Source: Gammaproteobacteria bacterium (GTDB lineage Bacteria > Pseudomonadota > Gammaproteobacteria > HK1). From it: a stretch of DNA of 64,000 nt. Location of the stretch: the NCBI GenBank assembly GCA_965202875.1, contig OZ241870.1, positions 3,693,069 to 3,757,068 on the forward strand, given 5' to 3'. Positions 29,367-37,840 of the stretch are shown piece after piece (the first letter of the stretch is position 1; each line of letters opens with the position of its first letter). A model generated the notes under the pieces. The model worked only from the letters and a program-made list of their open reading frames with translations. It was not told the DNA's origin and did not search any database. A program made the translations under genes and the position numbers.

Positions 29367-30176
29367 TCACGTAGCCGGATCTGGTTGTGGCTGTTGTAAC
29401 CAGACGATCGGCTCCCGATTGTTTCTCTCCAGGTATTCGTTGGCGCAAGAGAAATGGCTGGTTCCCTTGATTCCAGCCCCATAGCTCGGGTGCTGTGCAC
29501 ATAAGACCTTATGGCGGCTGCGGTCGATATGTACGATCTTCTTCATCGCATGGGCTCCCCACAACATGAAGACAACGTGCCCGGGATCACGGCAGTTTAT
29601 TGCTTTGACGATTTTGGTCGTGAAACGCTTCCAGGCTCTCCCTGCGTATCCCTCGATGTGTGCGTTGCGTGGGCGTTCTCCATCAGGCTGGTCTGCTACT
29701 TGTCGAAATGTCAACACCGTGTTCAGCAGGAGCACACCCTGATCAGCCCAGGGCCTCAGGCAAACGTGGCTGCCAGGTAGCCTATCCTGAAATCGATCAC
29801 TTCCTCCCGGCGCACAGTCTTCGTTGACTTCGCGAATGATGTTCTTTAGCGAATCGTTGTGACTCCGGTGTTGGGCGTAAGTTTCCTGCATGGAGAAGGC
29901 CAAGCCATCCGCTTGGCCCTGGTTAGGATAGGGTTCTTGGCCCAATATGACGACCTTTACGTCCTCCAACCGCGTACGGTACAAGGCTTCGAAAATAAGA
30001 TCCGCAGGCGGAAGAATCGCATATCCATCTTCTTCGCATTGAAGGATATTGCGTAGAGAGCGCATGAGTCGCCACCTGACTGTCCTCCGGAGGATCGGCA
30101 ACCAATCACTATCCGCGAAACGTTGCTCGATATGGCCCGGGGTCAATACATCGCCCATTTGTAATCCGTTCGGCAT
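29367..30176 (-). CDS. uracil-DNA glycosylase, family 1 (UNG)-like, divergent active-site motif; located in low-GC islet
   Basis: Collinear with UNG: 'DVKVVILGQEPYPNQGQADGLAFS' (canonical GQDPYH replaced by GQEPYP), 'WADQGVLLLNTVLTFR', 'VFMLWGAHAMKK', 'RHKVLCAQHPS'. ATG 30176 with GGAG SD; the longer TTG-initiated ORF to 30287 is less likely. Local GC ~52% versus ~70% in flanking genes. Confidence 0.75.
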   Translation of the reverse strand: MPNGLQMGDVLTPGHIEQRFADSDWLPILRRTVRWRLMRSLRNILQCEEDGYAILPPADLIFEALYRTRLEDVKVVILGQEPYPNQGQADGLAFSMQETYAQHRSHNDSLKNIIREVNEDCAPGGSDRFQDRLPGSHVCLRPWADQGVLLLNTVLTFRQVADQPDGERPRNAHIEGYAGRAWKRFTTKIVKAINCRDPGHVVFMLWGAHAMKKIVHIDRSRHKVLCAQHPSYGAGIKGTSHFSCANEYLERNNREPIVWLQQPQPDPAT

Positions 30177-30283
30177 AACAAACTCCGTCTGGTTCTTCGT
30201 GATCAGTGTTGTGTCCCGCCGGTTTCCAGGCAGTCGGCCCCCGGTGCGCGGCTCAACGTTGGCGGTCGGATGGCGGTGGTCGG

Positions 30284-30541
30284 TCAATCCCGATTGGACG
30301 TCCGCTTTGCGTCAAGCTCATTTCGGGAGCGAAGCAGCCTGGCCTGTACCGATTCCAGCAAGGTGTCGCGCACGAACGTGCTCGCTTCGAGTATCTCGAT
30401 GCCGATGATCTCTCCCTTGCGGTTGAGCTCCGCCGTAATGTTGGGACTCAGCTCTGCGCTACCCGCCTCCTCCTCCTCGTCGTTGATCACGAGGTGCAGC
30501 ACATCCTCCCGCTCGAAGTAATGCAGCCGCGGTCTTGTCAT
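30284..30541 (-). CDS. DUF2283 domain protein
   Basis: 85 aa 'MTRPRLHYFEREDVLHLVIND...NRKGEIIGIEILEAS' matches the DUF2283 pattern (YD.E.D.L.I...G.I.GIEIL.AS). Lies in the same lower-GC islet as the UDG. Confidence 0.7.
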   Translation of the reverse strand: MTRPRLHYFEREDVLHLVINDEEEEAGSAELSPNITAELNRKGEIIGIEILEASTFVRDTLLESVQARLLRSRNELDAKRTSNRD

Positions 30542-30595
30542 GGCGGTGTGTACCTGCCCGTTCGCAACCGAAAGTTGATCTGTCTCCGTCCGCCC

Positions 30596-33406
30596 TCACT
30601 TCGAGGACTTCGCCAGCGCCTGCAAAAGATTCCACGCGGTGGCGAAGGGCACGTCGTCGAAGGTCCCGCCCTCGTTCACCGAGCCCAGCACCGCGAGGGC
30701 GCGGGTCGCCTCCTCGTCGCCGCCCGCCGCCTCCCCGAGCCGTTCGAGCGCCGCCGCGAAGGGGGTGTCCAGGGCGTCGCCGAGATGGGCGTCCACCAGG
30801 CCCGCGATCCGCTCCACGTGGCCGCTCAGGGGGCCGCCGTCCGGGCGGCGGAAGATCCCGCGGATGCCGTCGCGGGCCAGACGGTCCCGCAGCCCCTCGG
30901 GCAGGGACTGGGCCACGCCTTCCAGCGCCTCCCCGATCCCGAACCCCGACGTGAAGAGCTGGCGGATGTTGTCCACGGTGCCGCCGTCGCCGCCGTACAT
31001 CCGGATGTGGGCGCCGGTCAGGGCGCTGCCCATGGCCTTGGCCTGGTCGATGTGGACGTCGCGCTCGGCCTCGATGTGCAGCTTGGCGAGCTCCAGGAAG
31101 GTCGCGGACTCGTTGTACTTCTTGAGGGCGTCGGCCTTGGCCTCGATCCCCACCGCCTCGGCCTGGAAGCGGCGCTGGACGTTCTCCACGCGCAACGCCT
31201 CGACGTGCACCTCCGCCCGCCCCACCGCGCCGGCTTCCCGCTCGATGCCCTCCGCCGAGATCTGCTGGGCCTCGCTGGTGGCGCGGGCGCGGGTGAGGGT
31301 GGCTTCGGCCTCCCGCTCCGCCGCCAGGCTGCGCGCCTCGGCCTGGGTGAGCATGTGCATGCGCGAGATCTGGGCCTTGTTCTCCTCCTCGATCCGGCGG
31401 GTGTCGGCGTCCTTCTCGGCCCGGATGCGGTCGATCTCCTTCTGGCGGGTGGCGTCCGCGACGCGGCGCACGGACTCCGCGTCATGCTCCGCCTGCTCGC
31501 GCCGTGCGGTCATCTCCAGGCGGTGGGCCTCCGCCTGCTCCAGCTCGCGGGTCTTCGCGGCCAGGGCGATCTGGCGGTCCCGCTCCTCCTGCTCGCGGGC
31601 AAGGAAGCGCTGGATGTCCGTCCGCTCCCGCTCCTGCTCCTTGGCGATGAGGGCGATCTCGCGCTCGCGCTCCTCGACCTCCACCGCCAGCGCCTTCTTC
31701 ACCCGGGTCCGCTCGACCTCCTCGTCCTTGCCGGTGAGGGCGATCTCGCGCCCGCGCTCCTCGACCTCCACCGCGAGGCGCCGTTGCACCTCGGCCTGCT
31801 CCAGCTCGCCGGCCTTCGCGACCAGGGCGATGTCGCGGTCCCGCTCCTCGGTCTCGCGCGCCAGCCCGCGCCGGATCTCGGCCGCCTCGCGTTCGCGGGT
31901 CTCCTCGATGATCGCGACGTCCTTCCGGAGCCGCGCCGCCTCCAGGGCCTGGGCCTTGGCGATCTCCTCCTGCTCGACCTGCCAGCGCTGCTCCAGGATG
32001 AAGCGCTGCTGCTCGCTCAGCACCCGGGCCCGCTCGTTGGCCACCTCCCGCTCCTGCTGCGCCTGGGCGAACGCCTCGTCCTTGTCGATCTCCAGCATCG
32101 CGAGGCGGGTTTCCAGGCTGCGCCGGCGGACCGAGAGCGCGGTCGCCTCGGAGGATTGGTGCCGCTCGTCGCGGGCCACCTCCTCCCGCCCCATCACCGC
32201 GGTGGTGCGGTCGATGTCCGCCGTCTCCCGCGCCTGCTCCTTGGCGATGAGTTCGATCTCCTTGTCCTTCTCGGCCCGCTCGCGGGCGAGGGCGCGGCCG
32301 ATCCCGGCCAGCTCCTCCTCCTCCGCCTTGGCCACCAGGGCGATGCGGCGGTCGTGCTCCGCGCGCTCCTCGGAGAGCTTGCGCCGGATGTTGGCGAGTT
32401 GCTCCTCCTCGGTCTTCGCGACCAGCTCGATCTCCCGGTCCCGGCGTGCCTTCTCCAGCTCCAGGGTCTTGCGGATCTCCGCCGCCTCGCGGCGCCGGCT
32501 CTCCTCGGTGGCGCTCACGTCGCGCTCCGCCCTCATGCGTTCGAGCGCCTGCTCGTTGTCGATCTCCTTCTGCTCCACCGCCATGCGCTGGTCGAGCACG
32601 TACCTCTGCTTGTTGCCGATCTGCTGGGCCTGCTCGTTGGCGACCTCCCGATCCTGGTGGGCGCGCGCGAACGCCTCCTGCTTCTCGATCTCCAGCAGCT
32701 CGAGCTGGGTGTCGAGCTCGCGCTGTCGGATGGAGACGGTGGTGCGCTTCTCGGTGTTGTGCACTTGGCGCCGCGCGTCGGAGGTGATCTCGGTGATGAC
32801 CTTCAGGCCCTCGGCGTCGAACACGTTGTCCTTGTCGAAGAACTCCTTGGCGCTCTGCTCCAGGGTGACGATGGTGACTTCTTCGAGCGTGAGGCCGTTG
32901 GCGTGGAAGCTCTCGACCACGCTCCCCTGCACCGCCTTGGCGAAGGCGTCGCGGTTCTCGTGGAGCTCGCTCAGGGTCTTGGTGGCCGCGAAGCTGCGCA
33001 GCGCGCTGACGATCTTGGCTTCGAGGAGGTTGCGGACCTTCTCGGTGTCGAAGGTGCGCTCGCCGAGGCTGCGCGCGGCGGCCAGCAGGTCCTCTTCGCT
33101 CCGGCCGACGTGGGCGTAGAGCTCCGCCACCACGTCGATCCGGATCTTGTCGGAGGTGAGCACCGCCTGATCGCGCGAGCGGCTGACGATGAGCTTCAGG
33201 GTCTCCAGCGAGACCCAGGTGACCTCGTGGAACACCGGCAGGACGATCGCGCCGCGGCCCAGGCAGACCTTGGTGCCGAGGTAGCCGGTGCGGATGAACC
33301 CCATGTTGGCGGGCGCCCGCTTGTAGACCCAGATCGAGATGACGTAGAGGATCGCGATCAGGACGATCACGAGGAAGAGGAGGGTAATCAGGAGTTCCGC
33401 GGTCAT
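30596..33406 (-). CDS. flotillin-like SPFH/band-7 protein (YqiK/FloA family) with greatly expanded coiled-coil repeat region
   Basis: N-terminal TM plus SPFH domain ('GFIRTGYLGTKVCLGRGAIVLPVFHEVTWVSLETLKL', 'AEGLKVITEITSDARR'), then ~500 aa of E/R/A-rich heptad repeats with reiterated 'REIALVAK/REIALIAKEQERE' modules. 936 aa in total. Confidence 0.8.
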   Translation of the reverse strand: MTAELLITLLFLVIVLIAILYVISIWVYKRAPANMGFIRTGYLGTKVCLGRGAIVLPVFHEVTWVSLETLKLIVSRSRDQAVLTSDKIRIDVVAELYAHVGRSEEDLLAAARSLGERTFDTEKVRNLLEAKIVSALRSFAATKTLSELHENRDAFAKAVQGSVVESFHANGLTLEEVTIVTLEQSAKEFFDKDNVFDAEGLKVITEITSDARRQVHNTEKRTTVSIRQRELDTQLELLEIEKQEAFARAHQDREVANEQAQQIGNKQRYVLDQRMAVEQKEIDNEQALERMRAERDVSATEESRRREAAEIRKTLELEKARRDREIELVAKTEEEQLANIRRKLSEERAEHDRRIALVAKAEEEELAGIGRALARERAEKDKEIELIAKEQARETADIDRTTAVMGREEVARDERHQSSEATALSVRRRSLETRLAMLEIDKDEAFAQAQQEREVANERARVLSEQQRFILEQRWQVEQEEIAKAQALEAARLRKDVAIIEETREREAAEIRRGLARETEERDRDIALVAKAGELEQAEVQRRLAVEVEERGREIALTGKDEEVERTRVKKALAVEVEEREREIALIAKEQERERTDIQRFLAREQEERDRQIALAAKTRELEQAEAHRLEMTARREQAEHDAESVRRVADATRQKEIDRIRAEKDADTRRIEEENKAQISRMHMLTQAEARSLAAEREAEATLTRARATSEAQQISAEGIEREAGAVGRAEVHVEALRVENVQRRFQAEAVGIEAKADALKKYNESATFLELAKLHIEAERDVHIDQAKAMGSALTGAHIRMYGGDGGTVDNIRQLFTSGFGIGEALEGVAQSLPEGLRDRLARDGIRGIFRRPDGGPLSGHVERIAGLVDAHLGDALDTPFAAALERLGEAAGGDEEATRALAVLGSVNEGGTFDDVPFATAWNLLQALAKSSK

Positions 33407-33578
33407 GGTCGGTCCGTTCCCGTCTGGTGTGTCCGTTCAGTGAGCCGGAGCGTCCCGGCTCCGCTCGCACGTTCCCCGGTCTCGAAGCATCGAAGCAGAC
33501 CCCGATCCGACATGGCCGGAGCCAAGGGTCGAGCAGGAATGAACAAGCCTTTCCTGGGAGCGGCGCGTCCTGACGGAC

Positions 33579-33775
33579 GCGGGCGTCCCGCCCGCTTGAT
33601 CGCTTCGCGGGCCTTCGGCCCCGGATCCTTCGGTCCGCTACGGGCGGGACGCCCGCATTCCCGGGAAGCGCTTCCCTTGGCGAAGCCCGTCACGACAGGG
33701 CGGGCCTTGTCATGGCCAAGGGACGGGGGGCCCGAAAAGCCCACGCCTCCGGCGTGTTGCGGGCGGGACGCCCGC
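33579..33775. repeat. cluster of three REP-like hairpins (GCGGGCG-NNN-CGCCCGC) in the flotillin upstream intergenic region
   Basis: Palindromes at 33579-33595 (loop TCC), ~33640-33656 (loop GGA) and 33759-33775 (loop GGA), each followed by the same flank ('ATTCCC' or 'GCTCCC'). The same element occurs at 7544. Confidence 0.5.
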
Positions 33776-34160
33776 GCTCCCAGGTTCGCAACCGGCCTCA
33801 CGGCGCATTCGGGCACGGGGCCGGCCCGCGAAGAACGCATCGAGGTTGTCCAGGCAGCAGTACCCCATCGCGTCGCGGGTCTCCAGGCTGGCGCTGCCGA
33901 TGCGGGGGAGCAGGAAGGTGTTGTCGAGGTCGCGATAGCGGGGATCGAGGTTCGGCTCCCCCGCGAGCACGTCGAGACCGGCCGCCGCCACCTTGCCGGA
34001 CTGCAAGGCGTCGATGAGCGCATCGTCGTCGACCAAGTCCCCGCGGGCGGTGTTGACCACCACCGCGCCGTCGGGGAGGAGCGCGATGCGTTCGGCGTCG
34101 AGGAAGCGGCGCGTCTCCGGAGAGGAAGGCGCGTCGATGGACAGGAAGAGGCGGTGAGGA
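33710..34160 (-). pseudogene. D-isomer-specific 2-hydroxyacid dehydrogenase, C-terminal fragment only (N-terminal ~2/3 missing; 3' end runs into GC-noise)
   Basis: The ORF reads '...FLSIDAPSSPETRRFLDAERIALLPDGAVVVNTARGDLVDDDALIDALQSGKVAAAGLDVLAGEP...LPRIGSASLETRDAM...LDAFFAGRP', i.e. the NAD-binding tail and catalytic His region. No upstream NAD-binding 'GxGxxG' or substrate domain is present. Homology stops at ~34160, where a lower-GC segment begins. Confidence 0.6.
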
Positions 34161-34276
34161 GTTCCCGCTCGGGTTCTGGTTGACGGTGACGTACACGAGC
34201 CAGGGCCTTCAAGACAATCGTTCCCGCCACCGTCAGCAGTCCTGCTGCGAATACGAGCTCGCCGATTCCTGGCCCC

Positions 34277-34573
34277 TCAAAACGGGTTGCTTGTGGACGC
34301 ATACACCTTCCATCCGGTGTTCACATGCTCTTCCACCGTGCCCCCCGGCTTCACGCTTCTGGGATCTTTCCCTCCTTCCCGGAGTTGGTCTCGGCAGTTG
34401 TGCTCCCAGAAGAACACCTCCGGTCCTTCGAGGTGCTTCGCCCGCACGATCACCTGACTCATGCGGTCTCCGTTGACGAAGATGGGCCAGTCGCCGCCGT
34501 AGTCGCCGATCTCAATCTCCCTTGGGTCGTTCCGGCCGACCACTTCGATTTCGATTCTCGCTTTTCCTGCCAT
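34277..34573 (-). CDS. hypothetical protein (98 aa) in lower-GC segment adjoining the dehydrogenase pseudogene
   Basis: ATG 34573 preceded by GAGGAGGGAG at 7 nt. 'MAGKARIEIEVVGRNDPREIEIGDYGGDWPIFVNGDRMSQVIVRAKHLEGPEVFFWEHNCRDQ...'. No family recognised. Upstream part of the listed 158-aa ORF is an artefact. Confidence 0.55.
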   Translation of the reverse strand: MAGKARIEIEVVGRNDPREIEIGDYGGDWPIFVNGDRMSQVIVRAKHLEGPEVFFWEHNCRDQLREGGKDPRSVKPGGTVEEHVNTGWKVYASTSNPF

Positions 34574-34827
34574 TGCAGCTCCCTCCTCTTCTGATTCCAG
34601 CTCGGGGCCTGTACCGCAGAGGTACTTGGCTACCGCCCCTTTCTCAACGGTTGTCCCCACGCTGTAGCGCGCCACCGTTCTGGCGCGACTCCGTGCCTCG
34701 AAGCAGGGGCAAGGACTGTCGCGCACGCCAGACGCCCGATCCGCGCCAACCACGCCGCTCGCGGCGTCGATCGGGGGGCTGGCGCCGCGGGCCCTGGCCC
34801 CCGACCCCGGGGCGTCAACTTCTCCCC

Positions 34828-35439
34828 TTACTGACCGAACGTCGGGGCTCCATCGGCCAGGTAACGCCGCTCTTCCTCCGTGGATTCCCGGCCGAGAATG
34901 CGGTTGCGGTGCGGGAAACGGCCGAAGCGTTCGATGACGTCGTGATGCAGGCGCGCGAAACGCACGTTCTCGGCGAAGCGGTCGAGCCAGTCATCGCCTG
35001 CCTCGGACGCGAGCGACTCGAACCGCTCGACGGAGCGGCGCTGGAGATCGAGGTCCTCGGCGTGCTGCAGCGGCATGTACAGGAAGATGCGTTCGATCGG
35101 ATTGAGGGCGCGGTCCTGCCCGGACTCGATGCCGGCGATGCAGTGGGCGGCGGCCCGCGTATCGTGCATGAACGCGGCCGGTGATCCGCGGTGGACGTTG
35201 CGCGGGATCTGGTCGAGGAGGATCACGAGGGCCAGCCGTCCATGCGGCGTCCCGGCCCAGTCGCCCAGGCCGCCGCGTGCCGCGTCCTCAAGCGCGACGG
35301 CGAACCGGGTCGCGCATTCGCGGTCGAACGCGGAATCGCCGTGGAACCAGACCGCGCTACGGCGCCGTAGCGCCTCCGGGCTCTCCGCGGCGTCCTCGAA
35401 CCAGAACGAGAGCACGTCCCGCGGCGTAGCCGCGCTCAT
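34828..35439 (-). CDS. DUF924 family protein
   Basis: 'VLSFWF', 'RLALVILLDQIPRNVHRG', 'FLYMPLQHAEDL' and 'IERFGRFPHRNRILGRESTEEE' match the DUF924 signature. Start at MSAATPRD (35439). Confidence 0.75.
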   Translation of the reverse strand: MSAATPRDVLSFWFEDAAESPEALRRRSAVWFHGDSAFDRECATRFAVALEDAARGGLGDWAGTPHGRLALVILLDQIPRNVHRGSPAAFMHDTRAAAHCIAGIESGQDRALNPIERIFLYMPLQHAEDLDLQRRSVERFESLASEAGDDWLDRFAENVRFARLHHDVIERFGRFPHRNRILGRESTEEERRYLADGAPTFGQ

Positions 35440-35594
35440 CGGTCGACAGGGTTGGGTCCGGACATGGCCGCAGCTTAGCATCACGATCCCCGCCTGTCGC
35501 GATTGAGCCTCTCCCCATTCCCGATGAAGAACCCGAGGCACGAAGCATCGAGTCCGAAGGGAAGCACGGAGCTTCCCCGAACCGGGAACGGCTG

Positions 35595-36188
35595 ATGGAC
35601 GAAGCCGTCGTCCGTGCGATGGCGAAATGGCCGGACGTGCCGGCCGTATGGGGATGGCTGTCGCTCGATCGGCGCGGCGCGTGGAAGCTGAAGGGCGAGG
35701 CGATCCTGAACCGCGCCACGATCGACTTCATCGCCCGCAACTACGCTTCGGATCCGGACGGCCGCTGGTTCTTCCAGAACGGCCCGCAGCGGGTGTTCGT
35801 CGAGCTCGCGTATACGCCCTGGGTCTATTCGCTCGACGGGCGCGGAGCGCTCGTGACGCACACCGGCCGGGACTGCGGAGCAATCCGATGCGCGTGGATC
35901 GACGAAGCCGGCGCGATGATCCTGCTCGGCGAGCCCGGCCCCGGCATCGTGGACGATCGCGACCTGCCGGCGCTCTCCGATCACCTCGTCGACGAGCACG
36001 GCAGGCCGGTCGAAGAAGACACCCTCGCCGCGTTCATCACGAGCCCTCCGGGATCGGAACCGGCGTTGCGGCTCGAACACGGCGGCACGCGCGTTCGCGT
36101 CGGTCGCATCGATTCCGGCGAAGTCGCCGGACGCCTGCGCTTCGATCCGCACCCGGTCGAGAACCCAATGCAGAGCGACAGGCGGTAA
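35595..36188 (+). CDS. conserved hypothetical protein
   Basis: 197-aa ORF with protein-like composition ('VWGWLSLDRRGAWKLKGEAILNRATIDFIARNYASDPDGRWFFQNGPQRVFVEL'). Divergent from the DUF924 gene. No family assigned with confidence. Confidence 0.5.
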   Translation: MDEAVVRAMAKWPDVPAVWGWLSLDRRGAWKLKGEAILNRATIDFIARNYASDPDGRWFFQNGPQRVFVELAYTPWVYSLDGRGALVTHTGRDCGAIRCAWIDEAGAMILLGEPGPGIVDDRDLPALSDHLVDEHGRPVEEDTLAAFITSPPGSEPALRLEHGGTRVRVGRIDSGEVAGRLRFDPHPVENPMQSDRR

Positions 36189-36195
36189 ACGCCGT

Positions 36196-36903
36196 TCAGC
36201 GCCTTCGCGAGTGCCGCTCCGGATGCCAAAGTCGCACGTTTCGCCGCTTGAACAGCGGGATCAGCGCGAGTCCGGCGATGAAGCCGCCGATGTGTGCGCC
36301 GAAGGCCACGCCCCCACCGCCCGGCGGCGTCGTCAGGGAGTTGAAGAGCTGCAGCGCGAACCACAGCCCCAGCACCATGCCGGCCCGAAGATGGAGGATC
36401 CGGGAAAAGAAACCGAGCGGGATCAGGACGAGCACCCGCGCATGAGGATAGAGCAGCAGATAGGCGCCGAGCACGCCCGAGATCGCGCCGCTCGCCCCGA
36501 TCATCGGCACCTCCGAGTGCGTATCCGGCAGCGACTGCGCCAGCACCGCCGCCACCCCGCACAGCAGGTAGAAGACGACGAAGCGCCCATGTCCCATGCT
36601 GTCCTCGACGTTGTCGCCGAAGATCCACAGGTAGAGCATGTTGCCGATGAGGTGCATCCACCCGCCGTGCAGGAACATCGAGGTGAACACGGTGGCAAGC
36701 GGTGGCGCCAGGGCCAGCTCCGGCGGCAACCGGGCGCCTTCGAACAGAACGGCCGGGATGACCCCCAGGGCGTAGACTGCAATCTGGCCGTCGCGCGGCC
36801 CGAGAGAAAGCTGCCACAGAAAAACGAGCACGCAGGCCCCGGTGAGCACCCAACTCACGACGGGGACGATGGCGCTCGGGTTGTCGTCGCGTAGCGGTAT
36901 CAT
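36196..36903 (-). CDS. rhomboid family intramembrane serine protease
   Basis: 6-TM protein with 'FLHGGWMHLIGNMLYLWIFG', the catalytic 'GASGAISGVLGAY' and His 'AHIGGFIAG'. Confidence 0.85.
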   Translation of the reverse strand: MIPLRDDNPSAIVPVVSWVLTGACVLVFLWQLSLGPRDGQIAVYALGVIPAVLFEGARLPPELALAPPLATVFTSMFLHGGWMHLIGNMLYLWIFGDNVEDSMGHGRFVVFYLLCGVAAVLAQSLPDTHSEVPMIGASGAISGVLGAYLLLYPHARVLVLIPLGFFSRILHLRAGMVLGLWFALQLFNSLTTPPGGGGVAFGAHIGGFIAGLALIPLFKRRNVRLWHPERHSRRR

Positions 36904-37126
36904 GCGGCGTCTGTCCGGCGTTCGGCGGGGAAGAGGACGAACGCCCTTCCCCTTGGTGGAATGCAGGCCTCACGTGAAAGTCTCGCCATCGGACGGCCGG
37001 GACGTGAACAGCCGGGACCGGGCCGGCGCAGAACCATGAGCGTCGGATCATGAGCGCTTGCACCGGAAAATTCCATCACGGACACGTTGCGTCCCGCCGT
37101 GTGCCCGGGACGACGCGGAGCGCCCG

Positions 37127-37840
37127 ATGACGCCGCCGCTCCCCTACCCTCGCGAGGAGGTCACCGCCGCGGTGCTCGCGGGCGGCAGGGCTCGGCGCAT
37201 GGGCGGCGGAGACAAGGGACTCGTCGAAGTCGCGGGCAGGCCGATGGTCGCGCATGCCGTCGACGCCCTCCGGACGCAGGCAGCGGAGGTCGTCGTCAAC
37301 GCCAACCGCAACGCCGGCGCGTATGCCTCGGTCACCGGATGCCGCGTGGTCGCCGATACCGTGAGCGGCTTTGCCGGCCCGCTCGCGGGCATGGCGAGCG
37401 CGCTGGAGGCGTCGGCGACCCGGCTCCTGCTCACCGCGCCGTGCGACTCGCCGCTCGTCGTCCCGGATCTCGGGCCGAGACTGCACGCGGCGCTGGCCCG
37501 CGCCGGCGCGGAGATCGCGGTTGCCCACGACGGCGAGCGTATGCAGCCGGTCTTCGCCCTGCTCGCGCGGGGCGTGCTGCCGGGCCTGCTCGCCTTCCTC
37601 GATGCGGGCGGGCGCAAGATCGACGCCTGGTACGCGACCCGGCATACGGTGTGCGCGGACTTCTCCGATGCCCTCGACACCTTCCTCAACGTCAACACGC
37701 CGCAAGAGCGGGAGCGCCTGGAACGGCGGTTCGCACGGTCCGATCTTCCGATCAGTCGAGGCGTGGCCGCACTTCCTGCGCGAAGCGTTCCATCGCGTCA
37801 AGCGCGACGTCCGCCTTCTCCGGGACGAAATCGAGCGTGA
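37127..37840 (+). CDS. mobA: molybdenum cofactor guanylyltransferase
   Basis: 'VTAAVLAGGRARRMGGGDKGL' (LAGGxxxRMG motif), 'TAPCDSP' and 'FLNVNTPQE' are MobA hallmarks. The 3' end overlaps the convergent LLM gene by ~89 bp, so the true stop may be earlier than the ORF suggests. Confidence 0.8.
   Translation: MTPPLPYPREEVTAAVLAGGRARRMGGGDKGLVEVAGRPMVAHAVDALRTQAAEVVVNANRNAGAYASVTGCRVVADTVSGFAGPLAGMASALEASATRLLLTAPCDSPLVVPDLGPRLHAALARAGAEIAVAHDGERMQPVFALLARGVLPGLLAFLDAGGRKIDAWYATRHTVCADFSDALDTFLNVNTPQERERLERRFARSDLPISRGVAALPARSVPSRQARRPPSPGRNRA

Noticed and set aside
30206-34183. 1325-aa plus-strand ORF and the 662/826-aa frames over the flotillin gene
   Set aside because: Antisense or alternative frames of a highly repetitive GC-rich coiled-coil gene; the compositions are Arg/Gly/Ala/Pro-dominated. 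Only the minus-strand SPFH-domain frame has recognisable domain structure.
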